64,000 bases of DNA, from NCBI RefSeq assembly GCF_044704955.1, contig NC_091992.1:126914001-126978000 (forward strand), given 5' to 3'. Below are positions 36,947 through 48,465 of this stretch, piece after piece (positions within the stretch are counted from its first letter, which is position 1; each line of letters opens with the position of its first letter). The position numbers were made by a program, and so were the translations under genes. The notes under the pieces were generated by a model. It searched no databases. It was not told the origin of the DNA and saw nothing but the letters and a program-made list of their open reading frames with translations. Source of the DNA: Pristiophorus japonicus (Eukaryota).

Positions 36947-37519
36947 CAGAGGACGGTGAATCTTTGGAATTCTCTACCCCAGAGGGCTGTGGAGGCTCAG
37001 TCTTTGAGTATATTCAAGACAGTGATCAATAGATTTTTGGATATTAAGGGAACCAAGGGATTTGGGAATTGGGCTGAAAGGTGGAGTTGAGGTAGAAGAT
37101 CAGCTATGATCTCATTCAATGATGGAGCAGGCTCGAGGGGCCGAATGGCCTACTCCTGCTCTTAATTCTTATGTTCTTATTCTCTGCTACTCTTGCCTAT
37201 TGTGGGTGGGGGGGGGAAGAGGGAGCGTCTGTCGTCCTGCTCTGGGAGCCCTGGCCCCTCACTTGGAGTTTCCAGTAATATAACCAGACAGGCAGTGCAA
37301 GTGGAGAAAGTTGTAAACTGAAGGCTGATGGATAAATGTTTGACAGGCGGAGCTAATGAAAGGCATTCGAGGTCGAGTGGGGTCAGGGGTCTGTGACCTT
37401 TGGCACGGGCCCAATGGACAGCGATTGTCCTTTGCAGTTGTGTGTTGTCCAGCAGATTGGGACACATGGGGAATGGCTGGTTGGGCATGTCTGCTGATGG
37501 GTCTCCCAGTTCCTTAGAT

Positions 37520-38195
37520 TGTCGAGATGAGCTTCCAACCACACATCCGCTCCATCACGAAGACCGCCTGTTTCCACCTTCGTAACATCACCCATCTCCA
37601 CCCGTGGCTCAGCTCATCCGCTGCTGAAGCCCTCATCCATGACTTTGTTACCTCTAGACTTGACAATTCCAACGCACTCCTGGCTGGCCTCCCACATTCT
37701 ACCCTATGTAAGCTAGAGGTGATCCAAAACTCGGCTGCCCCATGTCCTAACGCGCACCGAGTCCCGCTCACCCAGCACCCCTGTGCTCGCTGACCTACAT
37801 TGGCTCCCGCTTAAGCAACGCCTCAATTTCAAAATTCTCATCCTTATTTTCAAATCCCTCCATGGCCTCGTCCCTCCCGATCTCTGAAATCTCCTCCAGC
37901 CCCACAACCCCCGAGATATCTGTGCTCCTCCAATTCTGCCCTCTTGAGCATCCCCAATTATAATCGCTCTACCATCAGTGCTTTCAGCTGCCTGGGCCAT
38001 CAAGCTCTGGAACTCCCTCCCTAAACCTCTCCGCCTCTCTACCTCGCTTTCCTCCTTTAAGACGCTCCTTAAAACCGATCATCTGCCTTAATATCTCCTT
38101 GTGTGGCTCGGTGTGAAATTTTGTTCGATAATTGCTCCTGTGAAGTGCTTTGGGATGTTTTACTACGTTACAGGTGCTGTATAAATACAACTTCT
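37520..38195 (+). mobile_element. L2-like LINE 3' fragment with tail
   Basis: MSFQPHIRSITKTACFHLRNI...FVTSRLDNSNALLAGLP...LHWLP. Confidence 0.88.
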
Positions 38196-38918
38196 TGTTG
38201 TTGTCTGCACCATCTGAATGTCTTTTGCTATGTTCAGCTATCTCCCGACGGGCAGTCCGGTGATACCCGGGCACGTGTGTGTATCTCAACAGTCCAAGGC
38301 TGCTTTACGAAAGAAAAGCCTTTTAATTAAAACTTCCCATTCACACACTTCAACTCAAGCTATCAGCGAGGCAGAAACCAGAAACCCCCTTCACAACATG
38401 AGCCCTCCCCTCAGTAACCCCACGGCACTGCTCTGTGAGGGGGCAGTGGGCTGATAGAAGAGGGAAGGCGGCAGTGCCCAACCACTCAGCCCATGGAACT
38501 CGGGGACATGCTGCCCCCAGACCCGGCTCGGGAAGCTGTGTGCATTCCTGCTGCCTAATCAACCCTTTTCCCTTCCACCCCCTCCCCAACGTTCCCCCCC
38601 TTCCCACTCCAACGTTCCAACATTTCCCCCCCCCTCCCAACATTCTCCCCACAGTACCCCCCTCCACAACATTCTCCCCCCCCCACCCCCGCAACCTCTC
38701 CAGGGTCATCAGAACAAATCTGCTGTTTCTCCAACATACAAAAATACGATATAGAATCACCAGTACAGCACAGGAGGCCGCCATTGGGCACACCCTACCC
38801 TTATAGCAGGATGTAAACTGCACCAACTCCATCCGTTACCAGGGGTCCTGCCTGCTAACACCTCGTGAATAAGACATGGGACTGCTTCACTGTCAAACCC
38901 CTTTCAATAACAGCTCCA

Positions 38919-39493
38919 TCACAGCTCGTTGTGCAGGGGTCTGCACTGAGGGTCCAGTTTATAAGGCCCTTGGTCTTCCAACACTCCGTCTGGGGCACAC
39001 ACCCAGGGGTCGTAGGTCATCCACTGCCACTTCCTCAGGCGCCCCCTCATGTCCTCCAGCAGGGCCCCATACCGCGGGTCCGAGGCCAGGTTACGGGTCT
39101 CAGCCGGGTCCTCCCCAGTGTCGAAGAGCTCCCAGCGCGACCTGTAGTAATACTGGTGCAGGGTCTTGTCCCAGTGGGTCGGCCGGCCGGACTGCGTCCT
39201 GTTCAACAGGTCCTGAAAGGTGGGCGAGAGATAAAAGTCCTGGTCGATGGGGAAAGGCATCTTGAAGTGAATGTTATGGACCAGTCGGTACTGCAGGTAA
39301 TACACGGCTCTCATGGGGTAATACATGGTGACCTCGTGGTGACTCTGACTGGCAAACACGGTGGACCAGGCCTGCTCACAGTGCAGTGCTGGGAGAATGG
39401 ACCTCCCGGTCAGCTGTACCAGCTGCTCCTTTCCGAAGATGCTGTAGGTGGGGTAAGGGATGGAGAACCAGTCCAGAATCGTCGGGGTTATAT
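38919..39493 (-). CDS. sgsh: N-sulphoglucosamine sulphohydrolase exon 8 ([10 protein letters not shown]...[10 protein letters not shown])
   Basis: CTGCAG acceptor; [14 protein letters not shown] and [12 protein letters not shown] motifs; TGA at 38919-21. Confidence 0.97.
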
Positions 39494-40547
39494 CTGCAGA
39501 GATAAACAATAAGGATTGGTTCCATTCCCATTTCAATATTCTCTCTCTCTTTCCTGAAGGGGGCGACTCTTCCCAGCGCAGGTCCCAGCGGCTCGTTGTA
39601 CAAGTGACCGGTCAACATGGGAGCCTCGGCAGTGAGCCAGGCCCTGCTGGCAAAGCTCGCTGCTCAGATAGCAAGCAGCATTGCTCACCGGTGCCCCACC
39701 TAGTCCCAACCCCCCTGACCTCCCCCCCAACCCCCCCCGACCCCAAACCCCTGGACCTCCTCATCCCCCGCCGACCCCGACCCCCTCATCCCCCACCAAC
39801 CCCAGGCCGACACCAACGACCCCCCTCGACCCCAACCCCCTGGACCCAGGCCCCCCCTCATCCCCCGCCGACCCCAACCCCTGCTAGACCCCAATGACTC
39901 CAGCCCTACCCCAGCGACCCCCCCCCCCCCCGACCCCAGCCACCCCCCCGACCCCAGCGACCCCCGAGACCCAGGCCGATCCTCTCATTCCCGCCGACCT
40001 CAGGCCAACCCCAATCCCTGCCCGACCCCAACGACCCCAGCCTGACCCCCAACGATCCCAGCCCTATCCCAACGACCCCCCCGACCCCTTTGCTTCATCA
40101 TTGAGACAGTCGACCTTTAAACGTTGAACACAATGTCCTTCTCTGGACTGCCCGTGCCCGGTGTCCAGGAGGATGCTGATCCTGAAGGCGCTTGCTGTCA
40201 CCGTCACCAGGCCACGAGCCTCCCCGTTCCTCACCCCATTGGCCATTCTTCACCCGAGAGCATGGAGGGTGAACGTCAGCAGGATATTCGACTACAGCAG
40301 GCAGAAGGAGGGGGAGGATGAAGGGCGGGGGGGGGGGGGGGAAGAGAGGCTGGGGTGGGGAAGGAAGAGGATGAGGAGTGGGGGGGGGGGGGGGAAGGGC
40401 CTGGGGTGGGGGGAGGGGGAAGGGCGAGAGGGAGGAGAAGGGGAGGAGAGGCTGGGGCAGAGGGCGAGGACGAGGGGCCGGTGGGTTGAACCCAAGGTGA
40501 GGCTTTAAGACGCAGTTATTGCTGACAGGCCAAGAGCCGCTGCTTAC

Positions 40548-40751
40548 CCAGTAAGGTGACGTATGATTGGCTGACTTGCCCCCAGCGCCCAGCGTGCTCT
40601 GGCGAGTGGACGAGCATGGGCTCTGCGATGCCCGAGCGGTACAGGTTGGTCCGTCCATTGGGGAAGGGGATCCCGTTATCAGAGCTGTAAATCACCAGCG
40701 TGTCATTGGCATGGCCAGCCTCCCTCAGCTCGCTCAGCACCAGCCCGATCC
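40548..40751 (-). CDS. sgsh: sgsh exon 7 ([13 protein letters not shown]...[16 protein letters not shown]...YVTLL)
   Basis: AG/GT boundaries; 204 nt; sulfatase SDNG metal-binding motif. Confidence 0.97.
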
Positions 40752-41097
40752 CTGAACACAGTTCAAAAGGAGAGATGTGGTCAGAAGGGGGCCTTTCGGC
40801 CCATCGTGCCTGTGGTGGAGCTCCCCAGTTAGTCCCACTCCCCCCTACTCTTTCCCCACAGCCCTGCAAGAGAGAGTTGGAACCCCTCATATTATATTTA
40901 CACACACACACATCATCATTCAACACCCAACGTAAGAGAAATGCTGGGGGAGGCCTCGATGGTCAGGGTTCATGTTGCTAGGTCTGTGGGTTACCTGAAC
41001 AGCACCATTTCCCACTGACATTGTGCCAAGGGGCCTACTCACAGCCCGTGTGTCAGTCGAATCCAACGCACAGTTTGAGAGCCGGGTCTGAGCCTGG

Positions 41098-43072
41098 TGT
41101 AATGTATGTACCTGCGAGTATGCTCACAGGTTTGTAGAGCTGTTGACTCCCCTTTTATAGGGGGCACTTGTAAAATATATGATTTTAAAGCCCCCCCAAA
41201 AAAAACACAAAAAACCCCCCCAAAAAAAGGGCATTTGAAAAGTGTCTAGAGTGTCCCACAGATCGGGGTCACTTGAGTTAATTGTTTAATTTGCAACCAA
41301 CCAAAAGAGTTGTAGAGCTGTTGAAGGGCAGTTGAAAACATAGAAACGTAGAAAAGTGTTTGTAGTGTCCCCCAGATCGGGGGGGCACTTGATTTAACTG
41401 TTATTTTCATTTTCAGCCAAAAAGAGTTGTAGAACTGTTGATCTACCAGTCCGCTCGCGGCCTTCCGCGGGAGGTGGATGCCGGCGGGACTGGAGTGCAT
41501 CATCACCCCCGGCAACCACATTTTAATTTGATTGTATATGTCTAAAGTTTGATTTGTTTAATTTGCCGGTTTTAGTGCCCCTCCCCTTTTAGCCAGGGGG
41601 TACTTGTATAATTTGTTTTTCGGTGCTCCCTGAAAAAAAAAGCAAAAAAAAAACCAAAGGGGGCACTTGTTTGAAAATGTTTGGAGTGTCCCCCTCCCTT
41701 AAGGGAAGCACTTGATTTAATTGATTTATTTGTCTTGAACCGCGGTTTTGGGTGGCGGTCGGACGAGAGGGCTGTGTTTGGCGAGGTGACCAGGGTCAGG
41801 GACCTGCTCGATGGCGGAGGAGCGGGCTGGATGGCACCGGACATGCTGGCATGGTGCCTATCCTGGGCCGACATCCGCCGCGCGGCCGATGCCATCGAGT
41901 CGCTAAAAACAGCTCTGGGCCCCGACTCCGTTAGGTGCGTCGAGGAGGCTCAAGCACGCGGGGCGATCCCGTCCGAACTGACCCCCCATCTGGACGGAAT
42001 TCCTCATCGGCGCCAAACCCCGGAACCTCCCTCGGGAGCCGGCGCCTCACAACTTGAGCCGCCTCGGGGAAATCCCCTCCTTGCCTTTCAGTTCTGCGCG
42101 GAGGCGTTTCCTGTACGGGCTGCTCCTGCACACTCTCCACTTTGCCATCCTCGTCTGCCGTCCGGACACGCCATGGCGCACCATCTTGCCGTCCGAAGGA
42201 GGCGGGGGTCCCCGATGGATTGCTGTCTGTGCGGGAGTCCTCCCTCTATATATTGGGGACTTGGCCCGGAGGGTATTGCACGGACCAGTCACGTGCAATA
42301 GGTTTTTAAGTCGGTTCACGGACTCCCAGGCCGCCAGCAACTTCTGCAGTCTAGAGGAGTCCGTGTTCCATATTTATGTTGAACGTGCGAGGTTGCAGCC
42401 CCTGTTCCATTACTTGAAGGGGCTGCTCCTCAAATTCTGGTTGCACTTCAGTCCCACACTCCTGATCTTTGGGCACCCTGTGCGGAGGGGAGCGGGTAGG
42501 TCCGAGGGCCTCCTCGTAGGACTGCTCCTGGGCACGGCCAAGGGTGCCATCAGCCGGTCCAGGCAACGGGCGGTCGAGGGGGTCGTTCAGCCCGACTGCC
42601 GTCCTCTCTTCCGCGGTTACATCCGAGCCACGGTGTCCCTGGAGATGAAGCACGCGGTGTCCACCGGTACGCTCGCGGCATTCCGCGAGAGGTGGGCGCC
42701 GGAGGGACTGGAGTGCATCATCACCCCCGGCAATCAAATTTTAATTTGATTCATTTAATGTCCAAAGTTAATTGTTAATTTGTCGGTTCTAATGCCCCTG
42801 TTAAGGAGGCAGTTGATTTCTAGTTTATTTAAAATAGTTGCAGAGCTGTTGAATTGGGAGTGGCTTAGCCAGTCATGTGATGTTCATAAGACTCAATAAA
42901 ACCCCAGCCAGTTGGGTTCAGGGGGTCCACGATGAGGCAGGTGGTTGTGAGCCTGGTGGATGAACTGGTAATGTGTCGTGTGATTGTTAAACCTTTGTTA
43001 ATAAACCAACTAGTTCTCAGTAGTGTTGCTATGAATTATTCGGCAAAGAACCCATGAAGCAAATACATGATA
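41098..43072 (+). mobile_element. Solo LTR (parts 41098-41146 and 42838-43072) split by stacked Tx1 insertions
   Basis: Imperfect inverted termini TGTAATGTAT...ATACATGATA; flanks CCTGG / GCTGG (4 of 5 TSD match); AATAAA motifs in the right part. Confidence 0.7.
41147..42837 (+). mobile_element. Tx1-clade (L1 group) non-LTR retrotransposon 3' fragments, 3-4 in tandem
   Basis: ORF 42054-42749 (CSLEESVFHIYVE zinc-knuckle remnant ... WAPEGLECIITPGNQILI) resembles a Tx1 ORF2 C-terminus; the same ORF end recurs at ~41445-41530; homologous 3'UTR tails end AAAAGAG / AAAATAG. Confidence 0.82.
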
Positions 43073-43179
43073 GCTGGGAATCCCGCGGAGTGCGCTCCAG
43101 CTTCCAGTCACAGTACCGTGGGACCCGTGACAAGTGAAGGTCAGGAACACGCGACAGGAGAGGATTAAAATACCACAGT

Positions 43180-44060
43180 GGTGTCAGCCATGGCTCAGTG
43201 GGTAGCCCGCTCGCGCCTCTGAGTCAGAAGGTTGTGGGGTCAAGCCCCACTCCAGGGACTTGTGCACAAAAGTCCAGGCTCACACTCCAGTGCAGTGCTG
43301 AGGGAGTGCTGCACTGTCAGAGGTCTCGTCTGTTGGATGAGACGTTAAACCGAGGCCCTGTCTGCGCTCTCAGGTGGAGGTACAACAGTGACTACACTCC
43401 AAAAGTACTTCATTGGCTGTAAAGCGCTTTGAGACGTCCGCTGGTCCTGAAAGGCGCTATATAAATGCAAGTCTTTCTTTCTATTCCCTTTCTATATTAA
43501 GTAGACTGGGTGAGACAGTGCTACAACTCGCTGCAAATCCCCGAATGGTGGCAATCGGGCTCTGACCCCAGGCCTGGCTCTACTCCCACTCTGGGATTCT
43601 CACCCCGTACCACCTCCAACAACTTAAGAGCATCACCGCTGTTTTCCTGGCCGATCTTGACCATATTGTATGACCAACAACCACCATCTTTTTAAGCCGT
43701 GGCTCAGTGGGCAGCACACTCCCCTCCGAGTCAGAAGGTTGTGGGTTCAAGTCCCACTCCAGGAACTGGAGCACATAAATCTAGGCTGACACTCCCAGTG
43801 CAGTGCTGAGGGAGCGCCACACTGTCGGAGGTGCCGTCTTTCAGATGAGACGTCAAACCGAGGTCCTGTCTGCTCTCTCAGGTGGACGTAAAAGATCCCA
43901 CGGCACTATTTCGAAGAGGAGCAGGGGAGTTATCCCCGGTGTCCTGGTCAATATTTATCCCTCAGCCAACATGGGAAGAACAAATTATATTTTTGTGGGA
44001 GCTTGCTGTGCACAAATTGGTGGCTGTGTTTCCTACATTACAACAGTGACTACACTCCAA
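43180..44060 (+). mobile_element. Two DeuSINE copies (~43180-43480, ~43695-44060)
   Basis: A/B boxes and central domain in each. Confidence 0.85.
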
Positions 44061-44164
44061 ATGGGTTGGGACATCATGAGATCAAGAATAGTGCGAAATA
44101 AAGTTATTCCTTTTTTTCTAACTGTTCCATTCCCCAGGGCTAACACCCTCACCTTATTGTGGTG

Positions 44165-45320
44165 TACTTGGTCTAGACGGCCAATGGTGGTATACTGGGA
44201 GCTTACCTTGGTCTAGACGGCCAATGGCGGTGTACTGGGAGCTTACCTTGGTCCAGACAGCTGATGGTGGTATACTGGGAGCTTACCTTGGTCTAGACGG
44301 CCAATGGCGGTGTACTGGGAGCTTACCTTGGTCTAGCCGGCTAACCATGGTGTACTGGGAGCTTACCTTGGTCCAGACAGCTGATGGTGGTGTACTGAGA
44401 GCTTACCTTGGTCTAGACGGCCAATGGCGGTGTACTGGGAGCTTACCTCGGTCTAGACAGCTGATGGTGGTGTACTGGGAGCTTACCTTGGTCTAGACGG
44501 CCAATGGCGGTGTACTGGGAGCTTACCTTGGTCTAGACGGCTGATGGTGGTGTACTGGGAGCTTACCTTGGTCTAGACGGCTGATGGTGGTGTACTGGGA
44601 GCTTACCTTGGTCTAGACGGCCAATGGCGGTGTACTGGGAGCTTACCTCGGTCTAGACAGCTGATGGTGGTGTACTGGGAGCTTACCTTGGTCTAGACGG
44701 CCAATGGCGGTGTACTGGGAGCTTACCTTGGTCTAGACGGCTGATGGTGGTGTACTGGGAGCTTACCTTGGTCTAGACGGCTGATGGTGGTGTACTGGGA
44801 GCTTACCTTGGTCTAGACGGCTGATGGTGGTGTACTGGGAGCTTACCTTGGTCTAGACGGCTGATGGTGGTGTACTGGGAGCTTACCTTGGTCTAGACGG
44901 CTGATGGTGGTGTACTGGGAGCTTACCTTGGTCTAGACGGCCAATGGCGGTGTACTGGGAGCTTACCTCGGTCTAGACAGCTGATGGTGGTGTACTGGGA
45001 GCTTACCTTGGTCTAGACGGCTGATGGTGGTGTACTGGGAGCTTACCTTGGTCTAGACGGCTGATGGTGGTGTACTGGGAGCTTACCTTGGTCTAGACGG
45101 CTGATTGTGGTGTACTGGGAGCTTACCTTGGTCTAGACGGCTGATGGTGGTGTACTGGGAGCTTACCTTGGTCTAGACGGCTGATGGTGGTGTACTGGGA
45201 GCTTACCTTGGTCTAGACGGCTGATGGTGGTGTACTGGGAGCTTACCTTGGTCTAGACGGCTGATGGTGGTGTACTGGGAGCTTACCTTGGTCTAGACGG
45301 CTGATGGTGGTGTACTGGGC
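44165..45320 (-). repeat. 40-bp minisatellite derived from the sgsh exon 6 end plus its splice donor
   Basis: Unit (+) GCTTACCTTGGTCTAGACGGCTGATGGTGGTGTACTGGGA; GCTTACC recurs every 40 nt from 44201 to 45281 (28 copies). Confidence 0.97.
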
Positions 45321-45368
45321 AGCCAGATCAGCACGGGATGCTGGTGTGTTGGGTAGAAAGTGGGGCAC
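45287..45368 (-). CDS. sgsh: sgsh exon 6 ([28 protein letters not shown])
   Basis: Polypyrimidine + CAG acceptor, GTAAGC donor; 82 nt; phases fit exons 5 and 7. Not in ORF track. Confidence 0.96.
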
Positions 45369-45709
45369 CTGGTGATAAAGGAACAGCAACAGGAAAGAGA
45401 AGCTTAAAAAAGGTTTAAAAATGAAGCAGTATTCCTTCTAACTATCTGCCCCTGCAGCAAGCCCCTGCCCCAGATTCCTGAACGAGCAGCGTGGCCAGAT
45501 ATTCACAGCTCAGTCCCGAGGGAGGCGGAGCGGAGGAGGCGAGGAAGCTCCGGGTACAGTAAGTGACACACGAAAGCCTCACTGCACAGCCAACCAGACT
45601 AACAGTAAATAAACAGAGAGATAAATATTGAGCCATGTGTCGCCAAACCTCAGTCGGCGAATGGTCACCAGAAAGTTAAAAAGCATCACGTCTCTGCTTC
45701 CCTTCCCCC

Positions 45710-46790
45710 ACACCCAGTCCATGATCCCACTACTGGGGTACATCTCCCCTCGTTCCTCCCGCTCCAGACCCCGACTCCCTATAGGGGTATGACTCCCCTC
45801 ATTCCCTTCCCCCAGTCCATGACCCCACTACTGGGGTACATCTCCCCTCGTTCCTCCCGCTCCAGACCCCGACTCCCTATAGGGGTATGACTCCCCTCAT
45901 TCCCTTCCCCCAGTCCATGACCCCACTACTGGGGTACATCTCCCCTCGTTCCTCCCGCTCCAGACCCCGACTCCCTATAGGGGTATGACTCCCCTCATTC
46001 CCTTCCCCCAGTCCATGACCCCACTACTGGGGTACATCTCCCCTCGTTCCTCCCGCTCCAGACCCCGACTCCCTATAGGGGTATGACTCCCCTCATTCCC
46101 TTCCCCCAGTCCATGACCCCACTACTGGGGTACATCTCCCCTCGTTCCTCCCGCTCCAGACCCCGACTCCCTATAGGGGTATGACTCCCCTCATTCCCTT
46201 CCCCCAGTCCATGACCCCACTACTGGGGTACATCTCCCCTCGTTCCTCCCGCTCCAGACCCCGACTCCCTATAGGGGTATGACTCCCCTCATTCCCTTCC
46301 CCCAGTCCATGACCCCACTACTGGGGTACATCTCCCCTCGTTCCTCCCGCTCCAGACCCCGACTCCCTATAGGGGTATGACTCCCCTCATTCCCTTCCCC
46401 CAGTCCATGACCCCACTACTGGGGTACATCTCCCCTCGTTCCTCCCGCTCCAGACTCAGACTCCCTATAGGGGTATGACTCCCCTCATTCCCTTCCCCCA
46501 GTCCATGACCCCACTACTGGGGTACATCTCCCCTCGTTCCTCCCGCTCCAGACCCCGACTCCCTATAGGGGTATGACTCCCCTCATTCCCTTCCCCCAGT
46601 CCATGACCCCACTACTGGGGTACATCTCCCCTCGTTCCTCCCGCTCCAGACCCCGACTCCCTATAGGGGTATGACTCCCCTCATTCCCTTCCCCCAGTCC
46701 ATGACCCCACTACTGGGGTACATCTCCCCTCGTTCCTCCCGCTCCAGACTCAGACTCCCTACTGGGGTACATCTCCACTTCCCTCCCCCC
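45710..46790. repeat. 98-bp tandem repeat, ~11 near-identical copies
   Basis: CAGTCCATGA recurs at 98-nt spacing from 45715 to 46695. Confidence 0.95.
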
Positions 46791-46939
46791 TTCCACACCT
46801 GACCTGGACTCTGGCTCCTTATTGGGTTACATCTCTCCTCTCCTCTCCCCCTCCCCCAGGGCACCGGTTCCCTGCAGGATTGACAATTCCGCTGGAACCA
46901 GCTTTTCTGTCAGGCATACCACCAATGTTCCCTTTAATT

Positions 46940-47330
46940 ACTTGAGCACATAAATCCAGGCTGACACTCCCAGTGCAGTGCTGAGGGAGTGCTGCACTGT
47001 CGGAGGTGCTGTCTTTTGGATGAGATGTTAAACCGAGGCCCCGTCTGCCCTCTCAGGTGCACGTAAAAGATCCCATGGCACTATTTCGAAGAGCAGGGGA
47101 GTTATCCCCGGTGTGTCCTGGCCAATATTTATCCTCAATCAATGTTACAAAAACAGATGATCTGGTCATTATCACATTGCTGTTTGTGGGAGCTTGCTGT
47201 GCGCAAATTGGCTGCCGTGTTTCCCACATTACAACAGTGACTACACTCCAAAAGTACTTCACTGGCTGTAAAGTGCTTTGGGACGTCCGACGGTCGTGAA
47301 AGGCGCTATATAAATGCAAGTCTTTCTTTT
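46940..47330 (+). mobile_element. DeuSINE, 5'-truncated
   Basis: Central domain and tail. Confidence 0.85.
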
Positions 47331-47829
47331 TTTCTCTTTTTAAATAATTTTTTCTCTTTTAAAATAATTTTTTAAGTGCGCGGCCCCTTTAAGGGGTGCG
47401 CGTTTATTTCCTGTTTGAGACCCAGTGCGCAGGCTGTGCGGGAGTTCCGGGCCGCTGCAAGGCTGTGCAGCTTATCGAGAATATTGCACCTCACCCAAGT
47501 GCCTGTTCTTGGCGTGAACACAGGCCGAAGGGGCATCAGAATCCGAGCCGAGCCTGTGCTCACGTACCCGGCCCACTGGGGGCAGTGGGGGGGATGGGGG
47601 TGCAGGAGCCGAACCCCAGTCCACGGGCACTGAGGGAAGGTGCAGTGCCGATGTCCGGGTCACTCACCAAAGACCAGGGATGGACAGCTGGCCCCCCTGG
47701 GTCTGTGGGTTGCAGGTGGCGTGTGGCGTCATCGTGACCCCCCGACCTGCGAGAGAACAGCTCCGCAGGTCGGGCTATAAAAGAGCTGGAGCAGTGTAGC
47801 ACTTCAACCTCCAGCGCGAGCCCAGGTAC

Positions 47830-48250
47830 AGAGGAGTGGGAAGGTCGGGGCGGATGGGCGGCGAGTGTTTGTGGAGAGATGTGGTGAATGTTTGGGGCGG
47901 TGGGGCGGCGAGAGATCGTGGCGGTGGTGCAACAGATGAGGGTACGGGGCCCAGGGGCAGCACGGGCCCAGCCCACGCTGCGATATGTGTGTGCGCACTA
48001 GGTCCGTGCAGCAGAGCAGGTCTCCAGTCGTCCTGGTTAACCCTTGCCACTGGACCAAGACCTAGCTCTGTCGAGCCCGTGTGGTGGCTGGTGTGCAACG
48101 GTCACCACACATTAAAAAAATCCACGCACAGGCATCTTCCACCCCCTCAACTGGAGTTCAGGTACTGGAACATCGGGTCCTTCACTGAAACATCTGTGAA
48201 CTCGTGGAAGCAAGTCATCCTCGTTCGAGGGACCACCCATGATGATGATG
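47830..48250 (+). mobile_element. Non-coding element ending in an RTE 3' tail and (GAT)n; putative RTE-mobilised non-autonomous element
   Basis: GTGGAAGCAAGTCATCCTCGTTCGAGGGACC...ATGATGATGATG matches RTE tails at ~26570, 33670 and 57675; upstream body is not RTE ORF; 5' boundary uncertain. Confidence 0.65.
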
Positions 48251-48265
48251 TGTGGCCACTCTTAC

Positions 48266-48422
48266 CTCCACCTGCTCCGGTGTGTAATGTTGGGGCTTCC
48301 AGTCTGGGATCCAGCCCATGCCACTCTCCCCATTCCCAAACTTCTCACAGAACTGCCCGTACTGGGGCTGGGAATGGCCACACCGGTGGGGGTCATGAAA
48401 GGCCACGTAGAGAAAGAACGGC
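48266..48422 (-). CDS. sgsh: sgsh exon 5 ([53 protein letters not shown])
   Basis: TAG acceptor, GTAAGA donor; 157 nt. Confidence 0.97.
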
Positions 48423-48465
48423 CTAAGGGGGGGAAAAAAAAAAAAAAAAGAGGTAAACGGACCCC

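Noticed and set aside
44165-45320. Regular 40-bp periodicity resembling a CRISPR array
   Set aside because: No unique spacers, no cas genes, vertebrate context; the unit is a copied sgsh exon end and donor.
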